Below, in pieces: positions 1 to 9,405 of a stretch of 25,934 nt of DNA. The notes below the pieces were generated by a model. That model worked only from the letters and a program-made list of their open reading frames with translations. It did no database searches and was not told the origin of the DNA. Numbering within the stretch: position 1 is the stretch's first letter; each line of letters opens with the position of its first letter. Made by a program: the position numbers and the translations under genes. Source of the stretch: Candidatus Phoenicimicrobium oleiphilum (GTDB lineage Bacteria > Atribacterota > Phoenicimicrobiia > Phoenicimicrobiales > Phoenicimicrobiaceae); assembly GCA_039638295.1 (NCBI GenBank), contig JBDIWJ010000025.1:1-25934 (forward strand). The letters are read 5' to 3'.

Positions 1-40
1 TAGAGTTACAGGCCGGGCAAAGAGTCGGAATTTTCTTCAT
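1..40 (-). CDS. 5' part of a CDS leaving the window; CxxC zinc-ribbon N-terminus resembling the DUF2089 family
   Basis: Not in the ORF track. Minus strand: GGAGGT SD (46-51), 5 nt spacer, ATG at 40, reading MKKIPTLCPACNS. Confidence 0.6.
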   Translation of the reverse strand, partial: MKKIPTLCPACNS

Positions 41-81
41 TATTTACCTCCATATTAATTAAATCAATGTTGTTATTACTA

Positions 82-110
82 ATATTAATATATATATTTA
101 ATAATGTCAA
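82..110 (-). promoter_or_regulatory. Putative sigma70-type promoter for the leftward CDS
   Basis: Minus strand TTGACA (110-105), 17 nt, TAATAT (87-82). The very AT-rich background lowers specificity. Confidence 0.45.
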
Positions 111-285
111 GTAATAATTAAATAATATTATAAAATAAATTATAATATTGATATTTATAATGAATTTATTATTCCTACACCAAGTACGAATAGTTTTCTT
201 GCAATTAAATATTTTTTTACATAGAATAAACACAATAACCGGAGAAAAAATATTTTTTTACTTTAAAACCTGAGGGAGATATAAT

Positions 286-1212
286 TTGAAAATATCTGTT
301 TCTCAAGAGAATTTAAATACCATATTTGGAATATTGGCCATATTGTTTTGGGGGACTACTATTGCCTTTTCGCGAAGTCTGACAGAACAGTTAGGACCTT
401 TAACCGCGGCTTCCTGGATATATTTGCTAAGTGGTGTCTGGGGTGCTATTTACTTAATTAGTAAACCCGGAGGAATTAAAAGAACCTTCCAGCTTCCCGT
501 TTTATATCTAATCGGTTGTGGGGCTTTATTTGTCATCTATACAGTATCTCTTTATCTGGCCGTGGGTTTAGCTTTCAGCCGTGAACAGGTTATTGAGGTA
601 AGCATTATTAATTATCTCTGGCCAGGCTTAACTCTGGTCTTTTCCCTTCCTATTTTACACAAGAAGGCGAAAATAACTTTAATCCTCGGAGTAGTTCTGG
701 CTTTTAGCGGTTTTTATATGGCTACAGTGGAAAGTGGAATGTTTTCCTGGGAGGTATTCAAGGGAAATTTTCAAGTTAATTATTTTCCTTATTTGTTAGC
801 TTTTATGGCGGCTATTTGCTGGGGTCTCTATTCTAATTTAGCTCGTCGCTGGGCTGGTCATACTGAAGGTGGAGCTGTGCCGCTCTTCCTCTTGGTTACT
901 GGATTAGTTTTAACTTCAATAAGATTTATCTTCCCTGAAGAATCTTCCTGGACTACATGCGTAGTAGCAGAGCTCTTATATATGTCCATTTTTCCCACTT
1001 TTTTAGCCTATTTCTTTTGGGATAGGGCTATGCGAAAAGGGAAAATTATTCTGGTTGCCTCTGTTTCCTATTTTACACCACTACTTTCAATAATTATTAG
1101 TTCTTTATATCTACAAGTGGCAGTTAAAGCCAATCTCTGGTTAGCCTGTGGCTTGGTTATTGCAGGTGCTGTTATCTGCAAATTTTCTATTGTTGATAGA
1201 ACCCAAAAATAA
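286..1212 (+). CDS. EamA/DMT family transporter (YddG-like amino acid exporter)
   Basis: 308 aa with about 10 hydrophobic segments; motifs AILFWGTT, INYLWP, AAICWGLYS, LAYFFWD, SYFTPLLS; GAGGGAG upstream of the TTG start. Confidence 0.85.
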   Translation: MKISVSQENLNTIFGILAILFWGTTIAFSRSLTEQLGPLTAASWIYLLSGVWGAIYLISKPGGIKRTFQLPVLYLIGCGALFVIYTVSLYLAVGLAFSREQVIEVSIINYLWPGLTLVFSLPILHKKAKITLILGVVLAFSGFYMATVESGMFSWEVFKGNFQVNYFPYLLAFMAAICWGLYSNLARRWAGHTEGGAVPLFLLVTGLVLTSIRFIFPEESSWTTCVVAELLYMSIFPTFLAYFFWDRAMRKGKIILVASVSYFTPLLSIIISSLYLQVAVKANLWLACGLVIAGAVICKFSIVDRTQK

Positions 1213-1249
1213 TCTGCCTGAATCCTTGTTTCACCGGGGGTATTATGCT

Positions 1250-1397
1250 GTAAGGGTTCGATTCATCGAACCCGCAATCCCCGTAGGACATGCGTTTCGG
1301 TTGTCAAGAATAAATTCCCGCTCCCCGATCAATTTGAGGACAGGTTTCGTGGGAAGGATATAAGTAAAAAACAGGGTCAGGTAAATCCAACCCTTAC
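1250..1397. repeat. Cluster of REP-like palindromes
   Basis: GTAA-GGGTTCGAT-tc-ATCGAACCC (1250-1273); GTAG-GACA...TGTC (1283-1305); ATTCCCGC...GTGGGAA (about 1314-1355); degenerate inverted copy ending ACCCTTAC (1374-1397). Confidence 0.65.
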
Positions 1398-1463
1398 CCC
1401 TTTAAGTTTAATTAAATTAACTATCCAATCTATAATATTTTTTGATTATTTTTTCTAAAAAAA

Positions 1464-1491
1464 GAAGGATTTTTGAAATAAATGTAGTAAT
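1464..1491 (+). promoter_or_regulatory. Possible sigmaH-like promoter upstream of the AOR operon
   Basis: AGGA(1466-1469)-N14-GTAG(1484-1487)TAAT. The same spacing occurs upstream of the nitrilase-like gene. Confidence 0.35.
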
Positions 1492-1724
1492 AACATTAAT
1501 AAAGGATAATTTAAAAATAAAAATCTAAATGCTTAATTTTGAGAAATGTTCATGTTAGTCCAAAAGTTAAACTACTAAAAATGAAAAAGGAAAATTTCTT
1601 TGGATTACAAAAAAGGAGGTGAGATAGAGGAAAAAATTATCGGAAAATAAATATTTAGATATTTTATATTTTTAAATCTTTTTAGGGGGTGATCATTGGG
1701 TTTAAATATATAAATGAACTAAAC

Positions 1725-1823
1725 AATTTTCCGAACCAGATGGCCTGTAATTTTAAATTATGGCTCCTGGTCGATAGGGTATGACGGGAAACGGTTATGC
1801 CTCCCATTAAGGAAAGGAAAATT
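1725..1823 (+). ncRNA. Moco RNA motif / riboswitch, probably the tungsten-cofactor (Tuco) variant
   Basis: P1 AATTTTCC/GGAAAATT; CCGA after P1; P2 ACCAG..GCC-hairpin-GGC..CTGGT; AGGGT...GGAAAC...GCCTCCC...GGAAAGG signature; lies directly upstream of an AOR operon. Confidence 0.85.
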
Positions 1824-1868
1824 TAATGTAAAGTTAAATTTATCATTTTTTTATAAGGAGGTATTTGA

Positions 1869-2360
1869 ATGAAAGTATTAATTTTGGACCCGTTAAAATG
1901 TACAGGATGTCGAGCCTGTGAATATGCTTGCTCTTTTCAGCATACAGGTGTTTTCAATCCCTTAGATTCGAGAATAGAAGTTAGCACTTTTCTTGAAGAT
2001 CTCAGTTTTGTTCCTACTTTATGTCTACAATGTGAAAAAGCCTACTGTGTAGAAGTATGTCCCACCTCAGCTCTTACCAAAAATGACCAGACAGGTGTAG
2101 TAGATTTTAATAAGGATAAATGTATCGGATGTAAACAGTGTATCATTGCCTGTCCCTGGGGTTCAGTAAAACTTAATTGTGTCGGGAAAGAGATAATCAA
2201 GTGTGATAATTGTGAAGGAGACCCGGCTTGTGTAAAAGTATGCAGTGCAAAAGCTCTTACTTTTGAAGAGGTCGAGGATGTTGTTCTTGTTAAACAAAAG
2301 GGGACAGCTGCTCGTCTTAAAGAGATTGGGAAAGATTTGGCCAAGGGGGTGAGCTCATAA
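1869..2360 (+). CDS. 4Fe-4S electron-transfer subunit of aldehyde oxidoreductase (AorA/DmsB-like)
   Basis: Four Cys groups: CTGCRACEYAC, CLQCEKAYCVEVC, CIGCKQCIIAC, CDNCEGDPACVKVC; AAGGAGGT SD; stop overlaps the next ATG. Confidence 0.92.
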   Translation: MKVLILDPLKCTGCRACEYACSFQHTGVFNPLDSRIEVSTFLEDLSFVPTLCLQCEKAYCVEVCPTSALTKNDQTGVVDFNKDKCIGCKQCIIACPWGSVKLNCVGKEIIKCDNCEGDPACVKVCSAKALTFEEVEDVVLVKQKGTAARLKEIGKDLAKGVSS

Positions 2361-4171
2361 TGATTAAGGGAGGATTTCAAGGAAAAATTTTAAGAGTAAA
2401 TCTTACTAGCGGAAAAATAATGGTAGAAGACTTAAATGAAGATTGGGCTAAAAAATTTATAGGAGGAAGAGGATACGGAACTAAAATTATGTATGAAGAA
2501 GTTGACCCCAAAGTAGACCCTCTTTCTGAAAAAAATAAAGTGATTATTGCTACCGGGCCACTCGGAGGGACATTAGCCCCATCTTCCGGAAGGACTATGG
2601 TTATTACTAAAGGTCCTCTTACCGGAACCATTGCCTGTTCCAACGCTGGTGGTTATTTTGGCTCAGCTTTAAAGCATGCAGGTTTTGATATGGTTGTAAT
2701 TGAAGGAAAAGCTAAGGAACCAGTTTATCTATGGATATATAAAGGTGAAGCGGAACTTAGGTGTGCAAAAGATATCTGGGGAAAAACATCAGATGAAGCG
2801 GACCAAATATTAAGAGAAAAAACTCATCCCAAGGCAGAGACTATGGAGATAGGCCCGGCTGGAGAAAAGCAATCTCTTGTCGCTAATGTAATGTTTAATG
2901 GTCATAGAGCTGCCGGAAGAACCGGAGTGGGTGCAGTTTTGGGGAGTAAAAACTTTAAAGGGATAGCTGTAAGAGGTAACTTGGGAGTAAAGGTAGCTGA
3001 GCCAGAGAAATTTGTGGAAGCGGTTTATAAAACCAGAGAAATATTAAGTAAAGATGCCTTCTCTGGTGGTGGTGCAGCAATGTTAGGAACAGCAATGTTG
3101 GTAAATGTTATAAATGGTGTCGGAGCCTTTCCTACCAAGAATGCTCAAGATGCATATTTCCCTGAAGCAGAGAAGATTAGCGGGGAAACTTTAAGGGAGA
3201 GAAACTTGATAAGGAATGAAGGTTGTGCCGTATGTCCTATCGGATGTGGCAGAGTTACTGAGATTAAAGAGGGTAAATATAAAGGAGCTCACGGCGGAGG
3301 ACCTGAATATGAATCAGTATGGGCTTTAGGGGCAATGTGTGGTGTATCAGACCTTGATGCAGTAGTTATGGCCAATTACCTTTGTGATAAATATGGGATG
3401 GATACTATTTCAGTCGGTTCCACTGTGGCCTGTGGTATGGAACTTTATGAAGAAGAATATATACCTAAAGAAGATTTTTCCTTACCTTTAACTTTTGGCT
3501 CAGGAGAAGCTTTGGTAGAAGCAATAAAACTAATGGGCGAACAGAAAGGGAAGTTAGGTAAACTTTTAGCCCAAGGTTCGTATAGATTAGCAAAACATTA
3601 TGGACATCCCGAACTTTCTATGACTGTTAAAAAACAGGAATTCCCCGCTTATGACCCGAGAGGGGTAAAGGGGATTGGTTTGGAATATGCTACCAGTAAC
3701 CGGGGTGCCTGCCACGTAAGAGGATATACCATTGCTCCCGAAGTTCTAACTGGAGCAGCTGACCGGTTAAAATATGAAGGCAAAGGTGAACTGGTAAAAA
3801 TATTCCAAGATTTAACTTCTGCCTTGGATTCAACCGGTATATGTCTATTTACTACTTTCGGTTTAGGAGGGGAAGATATCGCTTTACTCCTATCTACTGC
3901 TACCGGATTTAAAGTGGATATAAATGAATTTATGAAAATTGGAGAGAGAATCTGGAATTTAGAAAGACTATTTAATATTAAGGCTGGATTTACCAGAAAA
4001 GATGATAATCTTCCGATGAGAATATTAAAAGAACCGATAAAAACCGGTCCCTCTAAAGGAGAGACAGAGGAATTAGACAAAATGCTTGATGATTATTATA
4101 AGGTGAGAGGCTGGGATAAGAACGGTATTCCTTCTAATGAAAAGCTAAAAGAGTTGGAGCTTTTGGACTAA
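2360..4171 (+). CDS. aor: Tungsten-dependent aldehyde ferredoxin oxidoreductase, catalytic subunit
   Basis: 603 aa; GKILRVNL, FIGGRG, AAGRTGVGAVLGSKN, CAVCPIGC, GPEYE, CDKYGMDTIS, RGACH, DSTGIC, YYKVRGWD motifs. Confidence 0.95.
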   Translation: MIKGGFQGKILRVNLTSGKIMVEDLNEDWAKKFIGGRGYGTKIMYEEVDPKVDPLSEKNKVIIATGPLGGTLAPSSGRTMVITKGPLTGTIACSNAGGYFGSALKHAGFDMVVIEGKAKEPVYLWIYKGEAELRCAKDIWGKTSDEADQILREKTHPKAETMEIGPAGEKQSLVANVMFNGHRAAGRTGVGAVLGSKNFKGIAVRGNLGVKVAEPEKFVEAVYKTREILSKDAFSGGGAAMLGTAMLVNVINGVGAFPTKNAQDAYFPEAEKISGETLRERNLIRNEGCAVCPIGCGRVTEIKEGKYKGAHGGGPEYESVWALGAMCGVSDLDAVVMANYLCDKYGMDTISVGSTVACGMELYEEEYIPKEDFSLPLTFGSGEALVEAIKLMGEQKGKLGKLLAQGSYRLAKHYGHPELSMTVKKQEFPAYDPRGVKGIGLEYATSNRGACHVRGYTIAPEVLTGAADRLKYEGKGELVKIFQDLTSALDSTGICLFTTFGLGGEDIALLLSTATGFKVDINEFMKIGERIWNLERLFNIKAGFTRKDDNLPMRILKEPIKTGPSKGETEELDKMLDDYYKVRGWDKNGIPSNEKLKELELLD

Positions 4172-4172
4172 G

Positions 4173-5402
4173 ATGAAATACTTAATTATCGGAGCAAGTG
4201 CGGCGGGGTTATCCGCCGCACTAAAAATAAGAGAACTGGATGTAGATGGAGAAATAACTGTCTTATCAGAAGAGAAATCTCTGCCTTATAGTAAAATGTC
4301 TCTCCCATATCTGTTATCAGGCGAATGCAGTAAAGAAGAAGATTTATATTTAGGAATACCGGAAGGCGTAAAATTATTATTAGACAAAAAAGTGGTATCT
4401 TTGAGAGAAGAAAGGAAAGTGGTAGAAACAGAGACAGGAGAAGAATTTTCCTATGATAAGTTACTTATTGCTACCGGTGCTCACCCCTATCTTCCTGAGG
4501 TAGAAAAGAAAGGTTTTCCTCCCATACTTTCGATAAGAAATTTAGAAGATATATCCCGACTTAAAGACAGTATTAAAAATTCGAAGGAAAAGAGAGTTAT
4601 ATTATCAGGAGCCGGCCTGGTCAATTGTGAGATAGCATGTGCTCTTTTAAAGATAGGAGTACCTTCTGTTTTTGTAATTCGTTCGAACAGAATTTTGTCT
4701 CAAATTTTAGATGAAGAAGGGTCGAGAATAATAGAGGGCATAGCCAAAGAAGAAGGGATAGAATTACTGACTGGTGAAAATATAAAAACAGTTGAAGAGA
4801 AAGATGGTATAACTTATGCTACCCTTGAGTCTGGAAAAGTTCTGAAAGGCAGTTGTGTAGTCTTTGGAAAAGGAGTGAGGTCTTCTGTTGATTTTCTAAA
4901 AGGCACTGGGATAAAAGTAGGTCAAGGTATAAGAGTGGATAAATACTTGCAGACCTCGGTTGAAGATATTTATGCTGCTGGTGATGTTACCGAAAGTATA
5001 GATTTGGTTTATAATGATATCAGAATGCATGCCTTATGGCCGGTAGCTGTAGAGCAAGGGAAGATTGCTGGTGCAAATATGGTCAGAGGTGGAATAGAAT
5101 ATTCAGGAGAAGTTTCAAGAAACATACTTACTATATTTGGGAAAATAATTTTTACCGGAGGTATTAGCACAGAGGATAAATTTGAAGTTTATAAAGAACA
5201 TCTTGCCGGAGAATACCAAAAAATATTAATTCACAATAACAAGCTGGTAGGTTTTGTATTTGTTGGAGCAGTAGATAATCCAGGTGTATATCTTTTTATT
5301 ATGAAAAATAGAATAGATGTAGGGAATAATATAAACTTGCTTTTAAAGGGTGCTCTTTCGTATCCGGTAATTTATCCTTCTATAAGAAAAGTAGGCTTTT
5401 AA
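4173..5402 (+). CDS. FAD-dependent pyridine nucleotide-disulfide oxidoreductase family protein (AorC-like subunit)
   Basis: IIGASAAG, YDKLLIATGA, TSVEDIYAAGD motifs; starts 1 nt after the aor stop. Confidence 0.88.
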   Translation: MKYLIIGASAAGLSAALKIRELDVDGEITVLSEEKSLPYSKMSLPYLLSGECSKEEDLYLGIPEGVKLLLDKKVVSLREERKVVETETGEEFSYDKLLIATGAHPYLPEVEKKGFPPILSIRNLEDISRLKDSIKNSKEKRVILSGAGLVNCEIACALLKIGVPSVFVIRSNRILSQILDEEGSRIIEGIAKEEGIELLTGENIKTVEEKDGITYATLESGKVLKGSCVVFGKGVRSSVDFLKGTGIKVGQGIRVDKYLQTSVEDIYAAGDVTESIDLVYNDIRMHALWPVAVEQGKIAGANMVRGGIEYSGEVSRNILTIFGKIIFTGGISTEDKFEVYKEHLAGEYQKILIHNNKLVGFVFVGAVDNPGVYLFIMKNRIDVGNNINLLLKGALSYPVIYPSIRKVGF

Positions 5403-5452
5403 AAATAAAAAAGTATTTAGAGAGAAGAACATAATAGACTTAAGGTGAATAA

Positions 5453-5731
5453 ATGATTGTAAAAGTAAAAGCATTTGCCAATTTAAGAGAAGTTTTCGGA
5501 GGGGAGATAAAGATAAAGCTAAAAGAGGGAGCTGTTTTTAAAGATCTCCTCTCCCCCGTTTTTTTGCCACCTAAGGCAGTAGAGGCAATAATAGATAGTG
5601 AATCAGGAGAGATTAAGCCCTCCATACTCATCTTGAAGAATGGGAGGAATATCAGGTTTTTAGGAGGCCTCCTTTCAAAATTGGAAGATGGTGATGAAGT
5701 GAGCATATTCCCTCCATTAGGTGGGGGATAA
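5453..5731 (+). CDS. MoaD/ThiS family ubiquitin-like sulfur carrier
   Basis: 92 aa; VKAFANLRE N-terminus, ILKNGRNI, LEDGDEVSIFPPLGGG C-terminal di-Gly. Confidence 0.9.
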   Translation: MIVKVKAFANLREVFGGEIKIKLKEGAVFKDLLSPVFLPPKAVEAIIDSESGEIKPSILILKNGRNIRFLGGLLSKLEDGDEVSIFPPLGGG

Positions 5732-5800
5732 TTTATATAAGTAATTAGACTAAAAATGAGATAATTTTGAAAAAGAAACTTTAAGGAAAATATTATTTTT

Positions 5801-5858
5801 GTTATTCCGCACTTGATGCGGAATCCATAAGTAAGAGCGTATTGCAGTGCGCCCCTAT
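5801..5858. repeat. Two adjacent REP-like palindromes
   Basis: GTT-ATTCCGCA-cttga-TGCGGAAT-CC (5801-5826) and degenerate GTAAGAGCGTATTGCAGTGCGCCCCTAT (5831-5858). Confidence 0.6.
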
Positions 5859-6018
5859 AATTACCGTAACATATCTTCTTTACTGCTTTTAAGTTCAGTA
5901 AATTAATTTTCCCATCTTTATTGCTATCTTTTAGAATTTTAAAAAAGAATGATTTTTAGAGTATTATGGCGTATAATATTTAAATATAAGAGAAAAAAGA
6001 AAAATTTAAGGAGTAGGT

Positions 6019-6672
6019 ATGGAATTAAAAATATCTGAAAAATATAAAAAATTGATAGTTGATACCGGAAGAGAATTGTATAAACAAAATTTGACTATTG
6101 GGACCTGGGGGAATATTAGCTTTCTGGATTCAGATACTGATTTGGTTTATATCAAACCAAGTGGTATAGAGTATAATGAGATCGAAACTAAAGATATAGT
6201 AGTATTAGACAAGAAAGGTAAAATCGTTGAAGGGACTAAAAAACCCTCTATTGAGACCTCTATGCATCTTGCTATATATAATGCCCGTGATGATGTGGGA
6301 GCAATAATTCATTATCATCCCATTTATTCAAGTGTATTGGCAGTAACAGGACTAAGCCTCCCGGGGATCAGTGAAGATTTTGTGCAATTGGTGGGAAATA
6401 AGGTAGTATGTGCAAAATACGGATTACCTGGCTCAAAAGAATTAGCTAAAAATGCGGTAATTGCTTTGGGAGAAAGGAAGGCAGTTTTTCTTCTTAATCA
6501 TGGTACTCTCTGTGTGGGTAGAGATATGAAAGAGGCGATGAAGGTCTGTTCTGTAGTAGAGAAAACAGCTCATATTTATATTTTAAGTAAAAGTATAGGG
6601 AAGTGTAGAATAATTCCTGAAGAAGACATTAAGGCAATGCAGGATTTTGCTAAAGATAGTTATGGTAACTAA
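6019..6672 (+). CDS. Class II aldolase/adducin family protein (FucA/AraD-like)
   Basis: TWGNIS, IKPSG, KPSIE, HLAIY, IIHYHP, LLNHG metal-binding motifs. Confidence 0.9.
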   Translation: MELKISEKYKKLIVDTGRELYKQNLTIGTWGNISFLDSDTDLVYIKPSGIEYNEIETKDIVVLDKKGKIVEGTKKPSIETSMHLAIYNARDDVGAIIHYHPIYSSVLAVTGLSLPGISEDFVQLVGNKVVCAKYGLPGSKELAKNAVIALGERKAVFLLNHGTLCVGRDMKEAMKVCSVVEKTAHIYILSKSIGKCRIIPEEDIKAMQDFAKDSYGN

Positions 6673-6730
6673 ATAAGCCTCTGCTTGCCCTTTTTGTTAA
6701 TTACTAAATCATTGTATTTACATCCCATGT

Positions 6731-6824
6731 CTATACGCTATATGCTGTATGCTATGCGCTAATAATTTCTGCAATTCTTGCCCACATCTTATATTTATTA
6801 CTCATCACTTGTAACTCATTACTG
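6731..6824. repeat. Degenerate heptamer tandem repeats
   Basis: ctatacg ctatatg ctgtatg ctatgcg (6731-6758) and attactc atcactt gtaactc attactg (6797-6824). Confidence 0.6.
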
Positions 6825-6832
6825 TATTTTCG

Positions 6833-7735
6833 CTATGGGACAATTAATTTTAATCTTTTTGGCAGAAGAGTGATAATAAATTTTTTTTGGCCTTCTATTA
6901 CCTCTCCACTCACCTGAGCCAGGATAGGTTCTGAAGATTCAATTATTATTTCTTTAGCCCTATAAAAATTTATCCCTTTAATACTTCTATGTGTGCCTTT
7001 AAATACTTTAGGAATGCTCATAAGATATTTAAATCTTCCCATCTCTTCTACTACACATACTTCTAACAAACCATCATCTAATATGGCTTCCGGTGTTATC
7101 TTAAATCTTCCTCCATAAATTTTTCCATTGCCAACAGCTATAAATAGAATTTTGGACTGAGTCTCTTGCCCGTCAATCTTTATCTTTACTTCGTGGTAAC
7201 CAAAAGGAGAAAGAAGTTTTTTTATGGTAGCAAAGACGTAGATATAAGCACTGAGAGTATTCCAATTAGGGTGTCGATTTTTCAATTGATTGGCTAAATG
7301 GGTTACTTCTGCATCAAATCCTATACCGCAGATATTGGCGAAATATATCTGATTATTAATTAGTCCTACATCTATTTTTTTAGTTTTACCTTTAATTAAA
7401 ATTTTACAAGCTTTAATTATTTCAGAAGGAATATTTGTACTTTTAATAAAATCATTAGCCCATCCTAAAGGGATTATTCCTAAGGCAGGGCTATTTTTTG
7501 ATTTCATAATTCCATTTACTATTTCATTAACTGTTCCGTCTCCACCTACTGATACAATAAGTTCTGCACCATTATCAGCTGCTTTTTGAGCAAGTTCTAC
7601 TGCTTCTCCCTGGTGGGAAGTGGTACAAACTTTGTAATTTAATCCCTTTTTTTTGAGATATTCTAATACTGTTGCCAGGTGATGATTTGGTTTTCCACCA
7701 CCAGCAGTTAGATTGACTATAAGTTCTGCTTTCAA
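6833..7735 (-). CDS. Diacylglycerol kinase family lipid kinase (YegS/BmrU-like)
   Basis: IVNLTAGGG, VGGDGTVNEIVNG, GIIPLGWANDF, GIGFDA, GNGKIYGG, DDGLLEV; AAAGGAG SD before the TTG start. Confidence 0.9.
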   Translation of the reverse strand: MKAELIVNLTAGGGKPNHHLATVLEYLKKKGLNYKVCTTSHQGEAVELAQKAADNGAELIVSVGGDGTVNEIVNGIMKSKNSPALGIIPLGWANDFIKSTNIPSEIIKACKILIKGKTKKIDVGLINNQIYFANICGIGFDAEVTHLANQLKNRHPNWNTLSAYIYVFATIKKLLSPFGYHEVKIKIDGQETQSKILFIAVGNGKIYGGRFKITPEAILDDGLLEVCVVEEMGRFKYLMSIPKVFKGTHRSIKGINFYRAKEIIIESSEPILAQVSGEVIEGQKKFIITLLPKRLKLIVP

Positions 7736-7752
7736 TTTTATTTCTCCTTTGT

Positions 7753-9405
7753 TTAAATATTATTTAATAAAATTTTATAGGTTTCTGGTTTTCTATTCAA
7801 GATAGTGTTGGTGTGAGGGACAATCTCTTTATTCCGAGAAAGTAAAAGTTCAAGCGAAGATAGACTGGCTTGCTCAGTTTTACCCAGACAGGAGGTTAAT
7901 ATTTGCCCCGAAGGAGAAACTATCAGACTATGACCAATACCTTGGTGGCAAATGGAATTAGAACAAGCTATAAAGATTTTATTTTCCGCTCCTCTGCTAC
8001 GGCAGATGTCTATTTGTCTATCATTACTAAATTTGCTGGGCCAGATAATTATATCTGCTCCTTTAAGAGTGAGAATGCGGGCTATTTCTGGGAAAATTCC
8101 TTCATAACCTATCATTACCCCTATGTAACCATAAGAAGTTTTAAATACCGGAAGCCCCAAATTACCAGAGGTAAAAAGGTTTTTTTCTTCTCTTTCTAAA
8201 TGAGTCTTTCGGTATTTCCCTCGGAGTTTACCTGATTCTATAAGAAAGGTGGTTTTATAATAAGATCCATTTGATTTTTCAATTAATGTAATGGCGCAGA
8301 GAACTTTCCTGCCTTTAGTTATTTGTTTGAGTTTATCAATAATCTCCTCTCCATTTTCAGGGAAAACAAAATCGCATTCAGGGAAGACGATGATATTAAC
8401 TTCCTGTTCTAATAGATTATTTATAAAGAATTCTATCTTTTGGAGATATTTTTTAAATTTATCTTCAAATTCCATTTGAACTACTGCAGTTACAGGATTT
8501 AGATTTTTAGGATTACTCTTTTTTTCCATCATAGAATAGATAGGCAAACTATCAGTAGGTTGAACCAATTCAGAATAAAGTTCTGGTATACGGTCATCAA
8601 TTATATTTATCTGATTGTCAATTGATTTATTGATAGCTTTTTCAAGGGAAATTTCATAAAAAAGAATCTCTTCCTGGCAAGAAGAGGCAATTTTGGCTAC
8701 CTCGCCATCAGGTGTGAATATAGCACTTTTCCCACAGTATAATACAGTCTTTGCTTCCATCCCTACTTTATTTGCTGCAATTATCCAGACTCGATTTTCC
8801 AGGGCTCGGGTAGGAATCATATATTCTACCTGAGGATTGGTAAGATTTTCTTTCTCAAGTCCTGAGGTGACCCAGTTAGTAAGGTCAATTAAAATATCCG
8901 CTCCTTGTAAACTTAAACAGCGGACTATTTCAGGAAGCCGTCCATCAGCACATATAAATATGCCCACTTTTCCGAACTCAGTCTCAGATACTGGATATTG
9001 GTCGCCTTCACAGAACCAATGAGAATCAAAATGCCAGAGGAAAGATTTTCGAAAGCGACCCACCTCTTTGCCTTCTGGATTGATAAGCAAAGCAGAATTA
9101 TAAAGAATATTTTTTACAATATCAGTTTCCACTATCCCAAAAGCTATGTAACATTTATATAGTTTAGCTCTTACTTTAACTTCAGTAATTAGCTCTATAG
9201 TCGATTGCTGGAATTCGAAGGGATTTTTTACTATTAGCGGAGAAATATAATAGGCGGGGTAAACACATTCTGGCAAAACCATTAATTGTGGGTGTGTATC
9301 TGCTGCCTTATCAATCATTCTTAAGATATTTTCTTTATTATCGTATCTATCACTATACTCTCGTGCACTTACTTGAAGACAAGCTACCTTTAATTTATTA
9401 ATCAT
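7753..9405 (-). CDS. Carbon-nitrogen hydrolase with two tandem nitrilase-fold domains
   Basis: Domain 1: LPEC, FRKSFL, ICADGRLPE. Domain 2: FPEC, YRKTHL, IGYEGIFPE. ATG at 9405 is preferred over TTG 9411 from spacing to AAGGAGG. Confidence 0.88.
   Translation of the reverse strand: MINKLKVACLQVSAREYSDRYDNKENILRMIDKAADTHPQLMVLPECVYPAYYISPLIVKNPFEFQQSTIELITEVKVRAKLYKCYIAFGIVETDIVKNILYNSALLINPEGKEVGRFRKSFLWHFDSHWFCEGDQYPVSETEFGKVGIFICADGRLPEIVRCLSLQGADILIDLTNWVTSGLEKENLTNPQVEYMIPTRALENRVWIIAANKVGMEAKTVLYCGKSAIFTPDGEVAKIASSCQEEILFYEISLEKAINKSIDNQINIIDDRIPELYSELVQPTDSLPIYSMMEKKSNPKNLNPVTAVVQMEFEDKFKKYLQKIEFFINNLLEQEVNIIVFPECDFVFPENGEEIIDKLKQITKGRKVLCAITLIEKSNGSYYKTTFLIESGKLRGKYRKTHLEREEKNLFTSGNLGLPVFKTSYGYIGVMIGYEGIFPEIARILTLKGADIIIWPSKFSNDRQIDICRSRGAENKIFIACSNSICHQGIGHSLIVSPSGQILTSCLGKTEQASLSSLELLLSRNKEIVPHTNTILNRKPETYKILLNNI

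Noticed and set aside
6..233. 75-aa minus ORF from the track
   Set aside because: Low-complexity Ile/Asn translation of AT-rich promoter DNA. The SD-supported start is at 40 in another frame.
1148..1363. 71-aa plus ORF
   Set aside because: Overlaps the transporter end and runs through REP palindromes; no SD or recognisable motif.
1612..1713. Orphan SD-like sequences (AAGGAGGTG, AGGGGGTGA) in the AOR leader
   Set aside because: Followed only by an immediate stop or a 5-codon TTG ORF; not enough to call a leader peptide.
2042..5706. Antisense ORFs within the AOR operon (2042-2380, 2377-2643, 3649-4080, 5440-5706)
   Set aside because: Shadow ORFs opposite well-supported genes.
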